A stretch of DNA of 64,000 nucleotides from positions 22,754,001 to 22,818,000 of the forward strand of contig OZ210885.1 of NCBI GenBank assembly GCA_964658305.1, written 5' to 3'. Shown here one piece after another: positions 26,996 through 37,250 of the stretch. The DNA is from Leptogorgia sarmentosa. Lineage: Eukaryota. The notes beneath the pieces are model-generated. The model was given only the letters and a program-made list of their open reading frames with translations, did not search any database and was not told where the DNA came from. The translations under genes and the position numbers were made by a program. Position 1 is the first letter of the stretch; each line of letters opens with the position of its first letter.

Positions 26996-28245
26996 GATTT
27001 CTAGCGTGTTTTCGAAAATGGACGGGTATTCTGCAATCGCTCCGAGATTGCTGATGGTTGGGAAAGATTTGCTTCAATTGAGGCAATGCCATTGACAGTT
27101 GAATATCAGGAACCTATGAGCATTAAAATTACAGTTTCACAAGTATATATTCATTTCCTTTTCAGGGTTCATGAAAAAGTAGACCGTTTCAAATTCAAAT
27201 TTCCATAACTTATGGGGTTATTCATGTATTAGTTTGAATGCTCTAATTAAAGATGTGTAAATACTGATACATACATTACATAATCTATCACCATTGCTAT
27301 CACTGCTATCATCCCAAGTGGAACAACAAGGCATATCATCCATTGATGTCCTGTTAATTAAAATACATAGAACAAAAATCTCTCTAACCCAACGACCAGT
27401 TTTGTCCAAGAGCAGAAAATAACCTAGGGTATGCTCACATTTTCAAATTTTGGGGATGCACTCCCCCTCTTGCCCAGATCAGTACTAATGATCATGAGAC
27501 CTGAGGGGTCAAATCGCAAATAAAAATTTGCTTATTTTTGGCTGGATAAATGGGATTTCATGTACTGGGACTGTTGATTCATTGGCAAAGAATCAATAGA
27601 AAATGGGAATGGAATTACGATTTGAGCAGGACAGCCACAGGGATGATGGTATTGTTCTTTTGGACAATAGATTTAGTCAAATATTGGGCTGGGAAATGGG
27701 AATAGGAACCCGGCCCCTTTGAATATTGAGCCACATATATATCCTACTTACCCACTAGATTCCTCAGTGCATTCTGCTTCATGATTCCTGTATAATGTAA
27801 CAGGAATTTCCATATTGCATTTTATGCAGTTGACTTTAGGAGCCTCTTCAACAGCCTATAATATTTATAAATACAGTATATTACATAGACGTAGAAATAT
27901 GAAAAAATTGGATTGCTGTCCCAGAAATAAATTAAACAGGTGTAAAACAGTAAAAATTATACATTTATTAAACAGTAACAGGTATACAAATAATGAATGT
28001 TTATGAGTGCAATGGTAAGAATATTTTCATGAGGTGAAAGATGGAATGTTCATGCATAATAATGTCATTTACGCATAATGAAATGCGAGATCAACAATCG
28101 AAATGGTGAAATGCCATAATAAAATGACTACTTCAAAAACATCGTACCTTTGAATAATACAACGACATAATAAAATGCCGAAACATTAGAATACTGAGTA
28201 TCATAATAAAATGGTAATGTTCAATAGCATAATACAGTTGTTGAA

Positions 28246-28630
28246 TTGTGGCGTAAATCACCCCTCATAACAATAGACTGTTTCGCGTCTTTACAATACG
28301 AAATTAGATCGGTTTTTCTTGCGTTTTTGGAACCCCGGATGTGCTGGGGTGGACGCCTTCTATCAGTCCTTGACAGGCGAGAACTGTTTAGTAGTACCTC
28401 CAGTCAGCATAATTTCCAGAGACTTCAGTATATGAGTTCACAGAAATGCTCGGGGACACTAATCGTGCCTGATTGGCCGTCAGCATCATTTTGGCCACTG
28501 CTATGGCAGCGGTATGCCCCACATATCATTGAATATAGATATTATGAAGGCAATAAACATTGGATTCACGGGAGAAATACAAATTCCATTATCGGCTCCG
28601 ACCATTGGGATAGTCGCATTCTTGCAATCC
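28246..28630 (+). pseudogene. Fragment of a DIRS/Ngaro-type retrotransposon pol C-terminus (methyltransferase-like region)
   Basis: IDCFAS, frameshifted GVDAF and ENCLVVPP, then GTLIVPDWPSASFWPLL. Confidence 0.7.
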
Positions 28631-28839
28631 GTATGTCATTTGCACAAGACTGACTTTGGAACTTACATATATGTAGCGACGTGGGTAGGTCGATGGACCA
28701 CTTCTACCCGAGGGTCGATTGACCAATTTTGCGCAAATGGGCAGTTTTTCCGATCCATGGATCAATCGTTCAGCCAATGGGCACGAACAAACATGATTAC
28801 GCTAAGGTAGTCAATGGGCAATTTCTCCCACATCCCCCA

Positions 28840-29870
28840 CAATCCGCTTCGATAACTGTTTCTTCGCTTTCTCATACGCATCGTCCCCATCAAGTAGCAT
28901 GAAACCTTCGACCACTGATTTCGCTTCGCCAGAGACGTACTTTCCTAAGAAGTGCAGTTTCTCTGCTGGGTTGACCGCTTGGCTCTCAATTAGTGTTTCG
29001 AATGCCTTCACCCAGACTGGGTATTTCAGGGGGTTGCCCGAGAAGATACCGGGCTCTGGCAAGGGCAGCCTGCTCTGATTCTGGATTTCTAACAGTTTCT
29101 AAATCGTTTGTAGCTGGGTGTGGAATAGGTTAGGGTTGCTGATAGATTCTTCGGTACTAGTTGAAGGCTGGGTTGGAAGATTAGGGGGTGTTTCGTTCGG
29201 TCGAGTGGGACGATGTTCGTTCGGTGGACTTGGGAGAGTTTAATTCGGTGGAGCAGGGAGTTCTTGGGGACAGGCTGGCTCTTTGTTAGTGTATACGGGT
29301 GCTGAGGGATTGAGAGATGATGTTATTGGGTGATCGTTGTTGGACGATCCTGGATTTCCTACGTCAAGGATCTGTGGTTCGTTATTAGCCAAGCTCTGTT
29401 GTGAATCAAGAAATCTTCAAATATGTTCCTCTACGCTGTTGTGGTCATCGTCCCCGATGTCGGGAATAACAAACTCTTCTTCAAACCTTTTACAGACGTC
29501 GATCCTTGCCCTTTTCTCAGCTAATTCCTTGGAAATCTCGTATTTTTCCGTCGTATTTTCTATTTCATCCTTTATCCTTTTTTCCTCTCGTTCAATTTCC
29601 ATTTTCGTCTTCTCGATTTCTTCCAGTGCCCTTCGATTGGCCATATCTAGGTTTTTTTTTATCTTGACCATATTCATTTTTGCCTTGAGAGAGGCTGGTT
29701 CTTCTTCCAGATCGATCCTGCGCTGCTTAAGATAATCTACTTCTTCCCGATCTTCTGCTACATCTCGATGATGCAACAGACTGTCTGTCGTCATCGTTTT
29801 TCTTGAGCTCGCTTATAGCAGTACAGGCGTCTTTGAGCATAACATTAGTTTTGCTGCTCATTGCCTCGTA
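28840..29870 (-). pseudogene. BEL/Pao gag fragment (DUF1759), degenerate
   Basis: SRLPLPEPGIFSGNPLKYPVWVKAFETLIES...EKLHFLGKYVSGEAK, preceded by a broken coiled-coil ORF. Confidence 0.75.
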
Positions 29871-30000
29871 ATACACCGGTGGTACACGTAATACACTGGT
29901 GATGCACGTAATACACCAGTTGTACACCTAATACATCGGTGGTACACGTAATATACCGGTGGTACACGTGATACGCCGGTGGTACGCCTAATACACCGGT
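29868..30000. repeat. 20 bp minisatellite TAATACACCGGTGGTACACG, about 6.5 copies
   Basis: Directly visible. Confidence 0.9.
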
Positions 30001-31229
30001 TTTGATGGGCCTATATACGCAGGGGGCTTATACACGGACCACATCTTAGGTTAATGGTAAGAAAACGCGCTGTTTAGCAATTTTAAACAAAAAATAATAG
30101 AACACCAGGACAACAAAGGAGAGCACCTGAGGGAACAAGGGTCCTAGGAGGTGGAGTAGAGCTTCTGTGCACATATCATATTTACCGACCGAAACCGCAC
30201 AAAAAATATGTCCGCGACTCCTTGAAAAAACATCGGGACGAACTGCCAAGTCGTGACTCCTTGGAAAAAAATCGGGACGAATTGCCAAGTGTTTTGTAAT
30301 CCTTTGTAACCTTTGTTTAAATAAATACATACCGTAGACGAAGTCTTAGTTTGAAGGGATTTAAACGACCCACTATAATTGAACTCGCATTTTCTTTTCG
30401 CTTGCAAATATGTACTTTTATACATATTAGACGAATTGTCATTTTCTCACTGGAGAATGTACTTTTCATATACATTTTTCGAAAAGTTGCGCTTTAATTC
30501 TGGGCATTGATATTATATTTTTGGGTAGAAACGGGTTTAAAAAAATGTTTGGCCAGGGCCAAGTTTTGAACGACTTTGAATTGATTGAAACCGACCCAGT
30601 ATAATTGAACTTGCATTTTTTTTCGCTTGGAAATATGTACTTTTATACATATTTCACGAATTCAATTTTCATTTTCTCACTAGAGAATGTACTTTTCTTA
30701 TTCAATTATCGAAAAGTTGCGCTTTAATTCTCGGCATTGATATTATATTCTTGGGTAGAAAAGGCTTTAACTAATTCAAAAATGAAAAAACGTTTTGGCC
30801 ATGGAAAAGTTCTGAACGAGTTTGAATTGATTGACACCGATCCACCAATTGAACTTGCATTTTTTTTTTCGCTTGGAAATATGTACTTCACGAATTAAAT
30901 TTTCATTTTCTCACTGGAGAATGTACTTTTCATATACATTTTTCAAAAAGTTGCGCTATAATTCTCGGCATTGATATTATATTTTTGGGTAGAAAAGGGT
31001 TTAACTAATTCAAAAATGAAAAAACTGTTTGGCCAGGACCAAGTTTTGAACGAGTTTGAATCGATTGAAACCGACCCACCAATTGAATTTGCATTTTTTT
31101 TTCACTAAGATGTATGCGAAATACGAAGTAAACATTTACATATGCTCAACATAACATGTGTTTAAATGTCAATTTTCACCGACTTCCGGTGCACATGGCC
31201 GCGCTAGTCCCAGACCTCTGGCTAATGAA

Positions 31230-31595
31230 AAATTGGAGCTGAATAATAAAATAAGCTGAACAAGGAAAATAAGTTGAATAATAAAAATAAGTTGAATAAT
31301 AATAATAAGCTGAATAATAATAATAAATAAGCTGAAAAATAAAAATAAGCTGAATAATTAAAAATTAGCTGAATAATAATAAAAATATGCTGAATAATAA
31401 AAAATAAGCTGAATAATGAAAATTAGCTGAACAATAATAATAAATGGACTAAATAATAAAAATGGGCTGAATAATGATGAAAACAAGCTGAATAATAAAA
31501 AAAATATGCCGAATAATAGTCGAAGTGTCTAAATAATGTGAAAAATAATTGATAATATCGTTTTTATATAATTTTCGCGGATATGGCACCCCATA
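31230..31595. mobile_element. Isolated IS3EU-like terminus with an AAGCTGAATAATAAAAAT array
   Basis: More than ten imperfect repeats ending in GGCACCCCATA (rc TATGGGGTGCC). The array sequence resumes immediately after (ggaaatatgta). Confidence 0.55.
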
Positions 31596-31941
31596 GGAAA
31601 TATGTATTCTTATAGATATTTCACGAATTCAATTTCATTTTCTCACTTTTCATATACATTTTTCGAAACGTTGCGCTTTAATTCTCGGCATTGATATTAT
31701 ATTTTTGGGTAGGAAAAGGTTTAGCTAATTCAAAAATGAAAAAACGTTTTGGCCATGGAAAAGTTCTGAACGAGTTTGAATCGATTGACACCGATCCACC
31801 AATTGAAGTATTTTTGCATTATTTTTCGCTTGGAAATATGTACATCTAAATTAATTTTATCAAATAACACAAACATGGTGTTGCTGGAAGCACTTTGCGT
31901 TTATTGCTGCGTTCACAATCGAAGCTGGTACAAAGCAGTCG

Positions 31942-32613
31942 CTATGAAGTGCGTTGTGCAGTTGCAAAATGATAAGAAGTACTTAACTTATAACAAGGCC
32001 CAATCTGGTTGCTATGTAGAGCGTTTCCACCTCCTAAAAGAGGCTGGAGTGCCGAATTCTCTGTTGATTGAGCTTGAAAAGCCGAATAAGATGGAGCACG
32101 CCGAGCTTTCGCCGAGATCGAAGATTTTGCTTTCATCTTCTTCAGCTTCCTTTTGGCGGCTCGCTCTGCGCGATTAATCCTTTTCTCGTCGTCTGAGTCC
32201 TCTGCGAGGTCATTAGTGACATATTCAGAGACGGTTTGCCAACCGTGGTCGCTCTTGTCTGCAAGCTTAATGAGCTTCATATGAGCTTCGATCGCCGGTT
32301 TACCTTCTTGCAAGATGGACATGGCTATCGAGATTTCTTTGCTTTCGAGAGCGGCAGTTGCGGTCTCAACAAACTCCAGAATTTGGACTTGATGTGCATA
32401 CTGCAGCTCGTTCCCTTTCAATTTAAAATGGTATTTGTCAAGACGAGCCTTTTTTGCTGTTATAGCATCCAATGTTGCTGAACTTTCAGCTGAAAGCTGG
32501 CGCTTCATGGCAGTGAATCTGTTATCGACAACAGATGTTAGTTGGTGACACATTTGTTCTAACGAACTCGTCATGAACTCTTTAATCTCGTTGGTGAGCT
32601 CTATCTGAGACAT
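31942..32613 (-). pseudogene. DIRS/Ngaro-type gag-like ORF, 3' truncated
   Basis: FKLKGNELQY, KLIKLADKSDHGWQTVSEY and LAEDSDDEKRINRAE; breaks off after GPCYK, the start of a knuckle. Confidence 0.7.
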
Positions 32614-33203
32614 CTTGACTGTGTAACAAGTGAGCAGCGAGCTTGTTAGGGTGTGGTATACTTATATAGGATCATAATAACAATGAGCCTATTTGGAATA
32701 TCGAACAACATTTTGCATAACAACGGTTAGATAGCAATTATTCTTGAAAAGTTGCGCTTTAATTCTCGGCATTGATATTATATTTTTGGGTAAAAAAAGG
32801 TTTACCTAATTCGAAAATGAAAAAACTGTTTGGCCAGGACCAAGTTTTGAACGAGTTTGAATCGATTGAAACCGACCCACCAATTGAATTTGCATTATTT
32901 TTCGCTTGGAAATATGTACTTTTATAGATATTTCACGAATTCAATTTTCATTTTCTCACTTTTCATATACATTTTTCGAAAGTTGCACTTTAATTCTTGG
33001 CATTGATATTATATATTTTTAGGTAGTAAAGGGTTTAGCTAATTCAAAAATGAAAAAACTGTTTGGCCAGGGCCAAGTTTTCAACGAGAGTAGTCTAGTG
33101 GGTCTGTTTGGCAAGGTTCGGAAATTTCTGAAGATGCTCCGACGGTTTCCGAAGATGGCATTTAGAACAAAAAATGTTTTTTTGATGGTGTAAAAATAGA
33201 GTG

Positions 33204-33287
33204 TCCTCTGAGGCGGACTTGAACCGCCGTCCCGGGGATTTTGATAAATTCTACAGTCCCTTGCTCTACCTTTTGAGCTATCAGAGG
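33204..33287 (-). tRNA. tRNA-Tyr(GTA) with an 11 nt intron
   Basis: Acceptor CCTCTGA/TCAGAGG, D stem GCTC/GAGC, anticodon loop CT-GTA-G^A with intron 33250-33240, T arm GGCGG-TTCAAGT-CCGCC. One anticodon-stem mismatch; TTTT shortly downstream. Confidence 0.85.
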
Positions 33288-33321
33288 TACTATGAGTTTA
33301 ACCTGTGAAAATAAAGTTTTT

Positions 33322-33393
33322 TGCTGTGACCAGGGATTGAACCCGAGTTTTTGCGGCCACAACGCAACGTATTAACCACTATACTATCACAGC
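33322..33393 (-). tRNA. tRNA-His(GTG)
   Basis: Acceptor GCTGTGA/TCACAGC, D stem GTAT/ATAC, anticodon arm TTGCG-TTGTGGC-CGCAA, and a T arm with two G-U pairs. Confidence 0.82.
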
Positions 33394-34451
33394 GTGCTAG
33401 TGCGCATGTCTGTGTAAATGTGGTCGACCGTGTGCTCGATCGCAGGGCCGCCGAGAGGGGGGGGCAGGGGGGGCACTTTGCCCCGGGCCCCCAAGTGAGA
33501 GGGGCCCCCTAAAATCCCATAGTAGGAGGGGCCCCGGCCCCTAAAATAAATTTAACCCTTTCTCTCGCATCGTTGTGGAAAAAAATTATCTTTTTCTTTT
33601 ACCTCTGTCTAACGTCACACGATTTTACTCGTCAAGCGAAGAGTATTGAAATATACAGAATGTTAATTATTTTTCTTTCTCGAATAAACTGTGATTCTTT
33701 TGGTCAAAAGCCTTCTCTTCTCAGATTATTACGAGGTTTAATTATTAATATTTAACTGAAATCGCTTAAATACAAACTCGCGTTATTTTTACTCAAAAAA
33801 AAAGATCGACTCGGTACGACGGTACGGATATAAGGTTATTGATCGGTACGGAGGATTGGAGGATTTGATAATTTGAGAGGAGACTGGGGCGAGTCAGTCA
33901 TTTATCAAGATGGCGGCTAGGAGTAGGACTTGCTGTAAGTATGCTTTTTAATCCATATCAATTTTCATTCTCTTTTTAAAAAATGCGACTAATTGGTATC
34001 ACAAAACTTTGTCAGTATATCTAGCGTCAGGTTTTACAGAATATATAATATATATAATATATTTATCGAATTCATTAATAATTCATGAAGAAAATTCAAA
34101 AGAAATGAATATTTAATGCATATCTGTAAATCGGTAAGAGATTCGTCCTGATTTACATAAACTTTCCGTTCGATTTTCTCGGTTAAAACAGCTTATATCT
34201 TTAAGATTGTTGATAAAACTGAACAGTTAGATGTGTGAATTCGATAAGTCAGATAAAACATTCGCAGTCGATCTTTATCTGATATACAAATGTTTCTATT
34301 GTCACGACTCACAATAAACTGAAATGTCGCATCTGTTTCTGGATCAGTACTGACAGTACATCACACATAAGAAGTAAGAACGACACTTTTCTGTTTAAAT
34401 AGAGAGTGATTCAGAATTCCAGATGATAGATAAGAGCAGCGTTGTGCGACA

Positions 34452-37145
34452 ATGAAGAGAAAGTATCCAAGCGGTTATTCCAAAAAGAAGCAAAAAGAAA
34501 TTCGATTCCAGAATGAAGCAAAAGGAAGACGAACATTGGAAGAATTTAATTGGGGAAAACCGAAAACGTCTGCTGAAAACTTAGTACCAGAAATACAGGA
34601 TGTTCTAAATGACAAAGGAAAGCCTTGTGAAGTAAATAAATTGCCTATGCAGGAGGAGAACGTGAATCATCCAAGGCCAAGCGAGGGTGAACTTAGCCCA
34701 ACTAGTAGTACTGAGAATAGTCCAACCAACGTTGAGAGATTAGAAGAATCGACAATGACTGCAGCTGATCTGCAATTAGTGCAATATCACGAACAATCTT
34801 CCATTGAGCCATCAAGATCCTCATCATATGAATCATCAGATGTAGAAAAATCTGTAACTGTGACTGTTGATGAGAGTCATGACACTATTGAATCTGCCTC
34901 AGCTACAGTCAGTAATGATGTCGCGACGTGGAAAAAGCTCTCTAATAAAGAGAGGGACGCCCTAGCTGTTATGGCACCTCAACCAATCCCTAAGGACTTA
35001 CCAAAGGACACCAAGAACAGATCTTTTCCGATGAGTATATTTTCTAAGAGAATGCCCAATGGCGAAACAGTTAAGAGGGACTGGTTGGTATGGAGCGAAA
35101 CAGGGAAATGTCTTTACTGCTTCTGCTGTTGCCTTTTCAGCACTAAACCACCCTCTTCGGCATTTTCTGAATTCAGTCATCCTCAATTAGGTTGTAAAGA
35201 CAACTGGCGAAAACTGTACGAGAAAACACAGACACATGAAAGAAGTCAAATGCATATCTCCAACTACATGATATGGAGAGATTTTCTCGTGTCCGCGGAG
35301 AATAAGCGTGGAATTGACGCTCTTCAACAACAAGCGTTGAGTGCAGAGAAGGAGAGATGGCGGCAAATTCTGAGATGTCTGCTTGAGGTGACGCTGTTTT
35401 TGGCTGAGAGAAATATTCCATTCAGAGGCTCCAGTTCTACTGTGGGGGATTTGGACAACGGTTTGTTTCTTGGAACTCTAGAGCTCGTCAGTTCTTACAA
35501 TCCAACCATCAAAGAGCATTTGGACACAGTTAAAAAATATCAAGAAAGGGGAGAGCGCATGCAAGCCCATTATTTGTCATGGCAAAGTCAAAATGAGTTC
35601 CTAAGTCTCTGTGCAAAGAAGATTATGAATAAGATTATATCTGAAATAGAACAGTCCTACTATTATGGTCTGATAGTGGACAGAACACCAGATGTTTCAC
35701 ATACAGAGCAACTCACCTTTGTTTTACGATATGCTGTTCTCAAGAACGGCAATTGGGAAGTGGTGGAGAGATTTCTAACGATCAAAGATTTTGAGAAGAA
35801 GAAAGGAGAAGACATCTGTCAGGTTATATTCAGCATCCTTAAAGAACACAAGATCAACATTGACAGGTGTAGAGGGCAGGGTTATGATAATGCCTCTAAT
35901 ATGTCAGGATGCTACAAGGGAGTGCAAGCTTTGTTTTTGGAAAAAAATCCCCAAGCCTTTTATGCTCCATGCAGTGCCCACAGTTTGAACTTGTGTGGTG
36001 TGCATGCAGTTGAGGTGGCACCAGAAATCAAGCTCTTTTTTGGCAATGTCCAAAAGCTGTATAATCTATTTTCTGCAAGTCCAGCTCGTTGGAAGATTCT
36101 AAAAGATACTACGGGAGTTTCATTGCACAGCCTGTCAAAAACCAGATGGAGTGCAAGAATTGACGCAGTTAGACCACTGGTGAAGAATCACAAGAAGATG
36201 CTGGAGGCCCTTTCAAAATTGCAAACTGAGCTTGATTTAACAGCTGAAGCTTATAGTGATTCTGAATGTCTGCTGATGTGGATGAATTCATTTGAATACA
36301 TTCTCATGGCGACCTTTTGGTTCAAGACACTTCAGTGCATCGACGATGTCAACAAGATACTGCAGTTTGCAGATATTTCTATCGCTGAAGAGGCCAAGTA
36401 TCTTGGATCCTTGCACCAAGATGTCCAGACCCTTCGAGATTCGTGGGAAAATCTGCTCGAAGAGGCAAAGCTTGTTTCATCTACACTGGACCAGACGACA
36501 ACATTGCAAGAGAAACGTTCCAGAAAGACAACGAGGAGAACTCCAAATGAAGCAGAAGAGCATGTTCATTCCACTCAAGAAGAAGCGTTTAAAGTTAACG
36601 TTTTCTACAAAGCATTAGATACTCTTTTGCTACAGCTTTCGGAAAGATTTAAAGCTGTTGAGGAACTTGCAGATATGTTTGAGTTCATTGTCAACCCTCC
36701 TGTGAATCCATCCAATGAAATTGTCAAGGAGCAAGCCAAACTACTTGCTGAGAGCTATCCCAATGATGTCATCGAAGAAGACCTGGAGGAGGAGCTTCGT
36801 CATTATGCCAAATTTTTTCAAGATCTTGGTGTTAAAGCAGTAGCTAAGAAAAACAAAGCTATAGCTTTGTTGAATTACATATTTGAGAAGAAGATCGAGT
36901 CCTTATATCCACAGATTTGCATTTGCCTTCGGATTTTTTTGTCTATCCCTGTATCAGTAGCATCAGGAGAACGTTCGTTCAGCAAACTTGCTTTGATAAA
37001 ATCCAGACTGCGATCAACAATGACACAAGAAAGGATCGCAAATCTTATGGTACTGTCCATAGAGCATCGTTTGGCAAGATGTCTTAACTTTGAAGATTTA
37101 ATTGACAGTTTTGCGGCTGAAAAAGCCAGAAAAAAGATTTTCTAG
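34452..37145 (+). CDS. hAT transposase (ZMYM1-like: TTF zinc finger, DUF4371, dimerization domain), 897 aa
   Basis: WLVWS...YCFCC; LIVDRTPD, QGYDNA, CSAHSLNL, TRWS and VASGERSFSKL; uninterrupted ORF. Confidence 0.95.
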   Translation: MKRKYPSGYSKKKQKEIRFQNEAKGRRTLEEFNWGKPKTSAENLVPEIQDVLNDKGKPCEVNKLPMQEENVNHPRPSEGELSPTSSTENSPTNVERLEESTMTAADLQLVQYHEQSSIEPSRSSSYESSDVEKSVTVTVDESHDTIESASATVSNDVATWKKLSNKERDALAVMAPQPIPKDLPKDTKNRSFPMSIFSKRMPNGETVKRDWLVWSETGKCLYCFCCCLFSTKPPSSAFSEFSHPQLGCKDNWRKLYEKTQTHERSQMHISNYMIWRDFLVSAENKRGIDALQQQALSAEKERWRQILRCLLEVTLFLAERNIPFRGSSSTVGDLDNGLFLGTLELVSSYNPTIKEHLDTVKKYQERGERMQAHYLSWQSQNEFLSLCAKKIMNKIISEIEQSYYYGLIVDRTPDVSHTEQLTFVLRYAVLKNGNWEVVERFLTIKDFEKKKGEDICQVIFSILKEHKINIDRCRGQGYDNASNMSGCYKGVQALFLEKNPQAFYAPCSAHSLNLCGVHAVEVAPEIKLFFGNVQKLYNLFSASPARWKILKDTTGVSLHSLSKTRWSARIDAVRPLVKNHKKMLEALSKLQTELDLTAEAYSDSECLLMWMNSFEYILMATFWFKTLQCIDDVNKILQFADISIAEEAKYLGSLHQDVQTLRDSWENLLEEAKLVSSTLDQTTTLQEKRSRKTTRRTPNEAEEHVHSTQEEAFKVNVFYKALDTLLLQLSERFKAVEELADMFEFIVNPPVNPSNEIVKEQAKLLAESYPNDVIEEDLEEELRHYAKFFQDLGVKAVAKKNKAIALLNYIFEKKIESLYPQICICLRIFLSIPVSVASGERSFSKLALIKSRLRSTMTQERIANLMVLSIEHRLARCLNFEDLIDSFAAEKARKKIF

Positions 37146-37204
37146 ATTCTGGACAATAAAGATCTTAAAATATTGATGTAGTTCATAAAGTTTTTGCAAG
37201 CTCT

Positions 37205-37250
37205 GACTCTGATGAAGTCCTGTGTTAAACAGGACGAAAGCTTAGCTATA
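37205..37250 (+). ncRNA. Minimal hammerhead-ribozyme-like motif (Penelope-type)
   Basis: CTGATGA-A-GTCCTG...CAGGAC-GAAA followed by a palindromic AAGCTT stem III; stem I is weak. Confidence 0.5.

Larger units (their letters stand above)
17879..27043. mobile_element. Merlin (IS1595/IS1016-like) DNA transposon, 9165 bp, with cargo or nested content
   Basis: 8 bp TSD GAGATTGC at 17871-17878 and 27044-27051. TIRs GGCTAGATTGCAGAATACCCAGCC and (rc) GGAGCGATTGCAGAATACCCGTCC. CACTGCGTAGCC subterminal repeats at both ends; Merlin transposase inside. Confidence 0.92.
15882..27787 (-). pseudogene. Spliced CUE + HECT ubiquitin-ligase-like gene disrupted by the Merlin insertion
   Basis: Phase-consistent GT-AG exons: 27787-27752, 27350-27275, 27113-27052 joined to 17878-17802, 17542-16926, 16785-16602, 16413-16210 and 16114-15882. 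CUE-like LPQLKQIFP...AATELIL; HECT FEGEEGAGNGPLREFF; C-lobe LPMAESCFFSLVLP retaining the catalytic-position Cys. 5' exons not found. Confidence 0.8.
30330..33098 (+). repeat. Tandem array of about 232 bp units, possibly a non-autonomous Helitron, interrupted twice
   Basis: The motif aaagttgcgctttaattctcggcattgatattata recurs near 30484, 30714, 30948, 31667, 32748 and 32979. The array ends with hairpin TTGGCCAGGGCCAA (33063-33076) and CTAG|T at 33095-33099. Confidence 0.75.

Noticed and set aside
28676..28840. Possible small MITE between the DIRS and BEL fragments
   Set aside because: Inverted similarity is too weak and there is no TSD.
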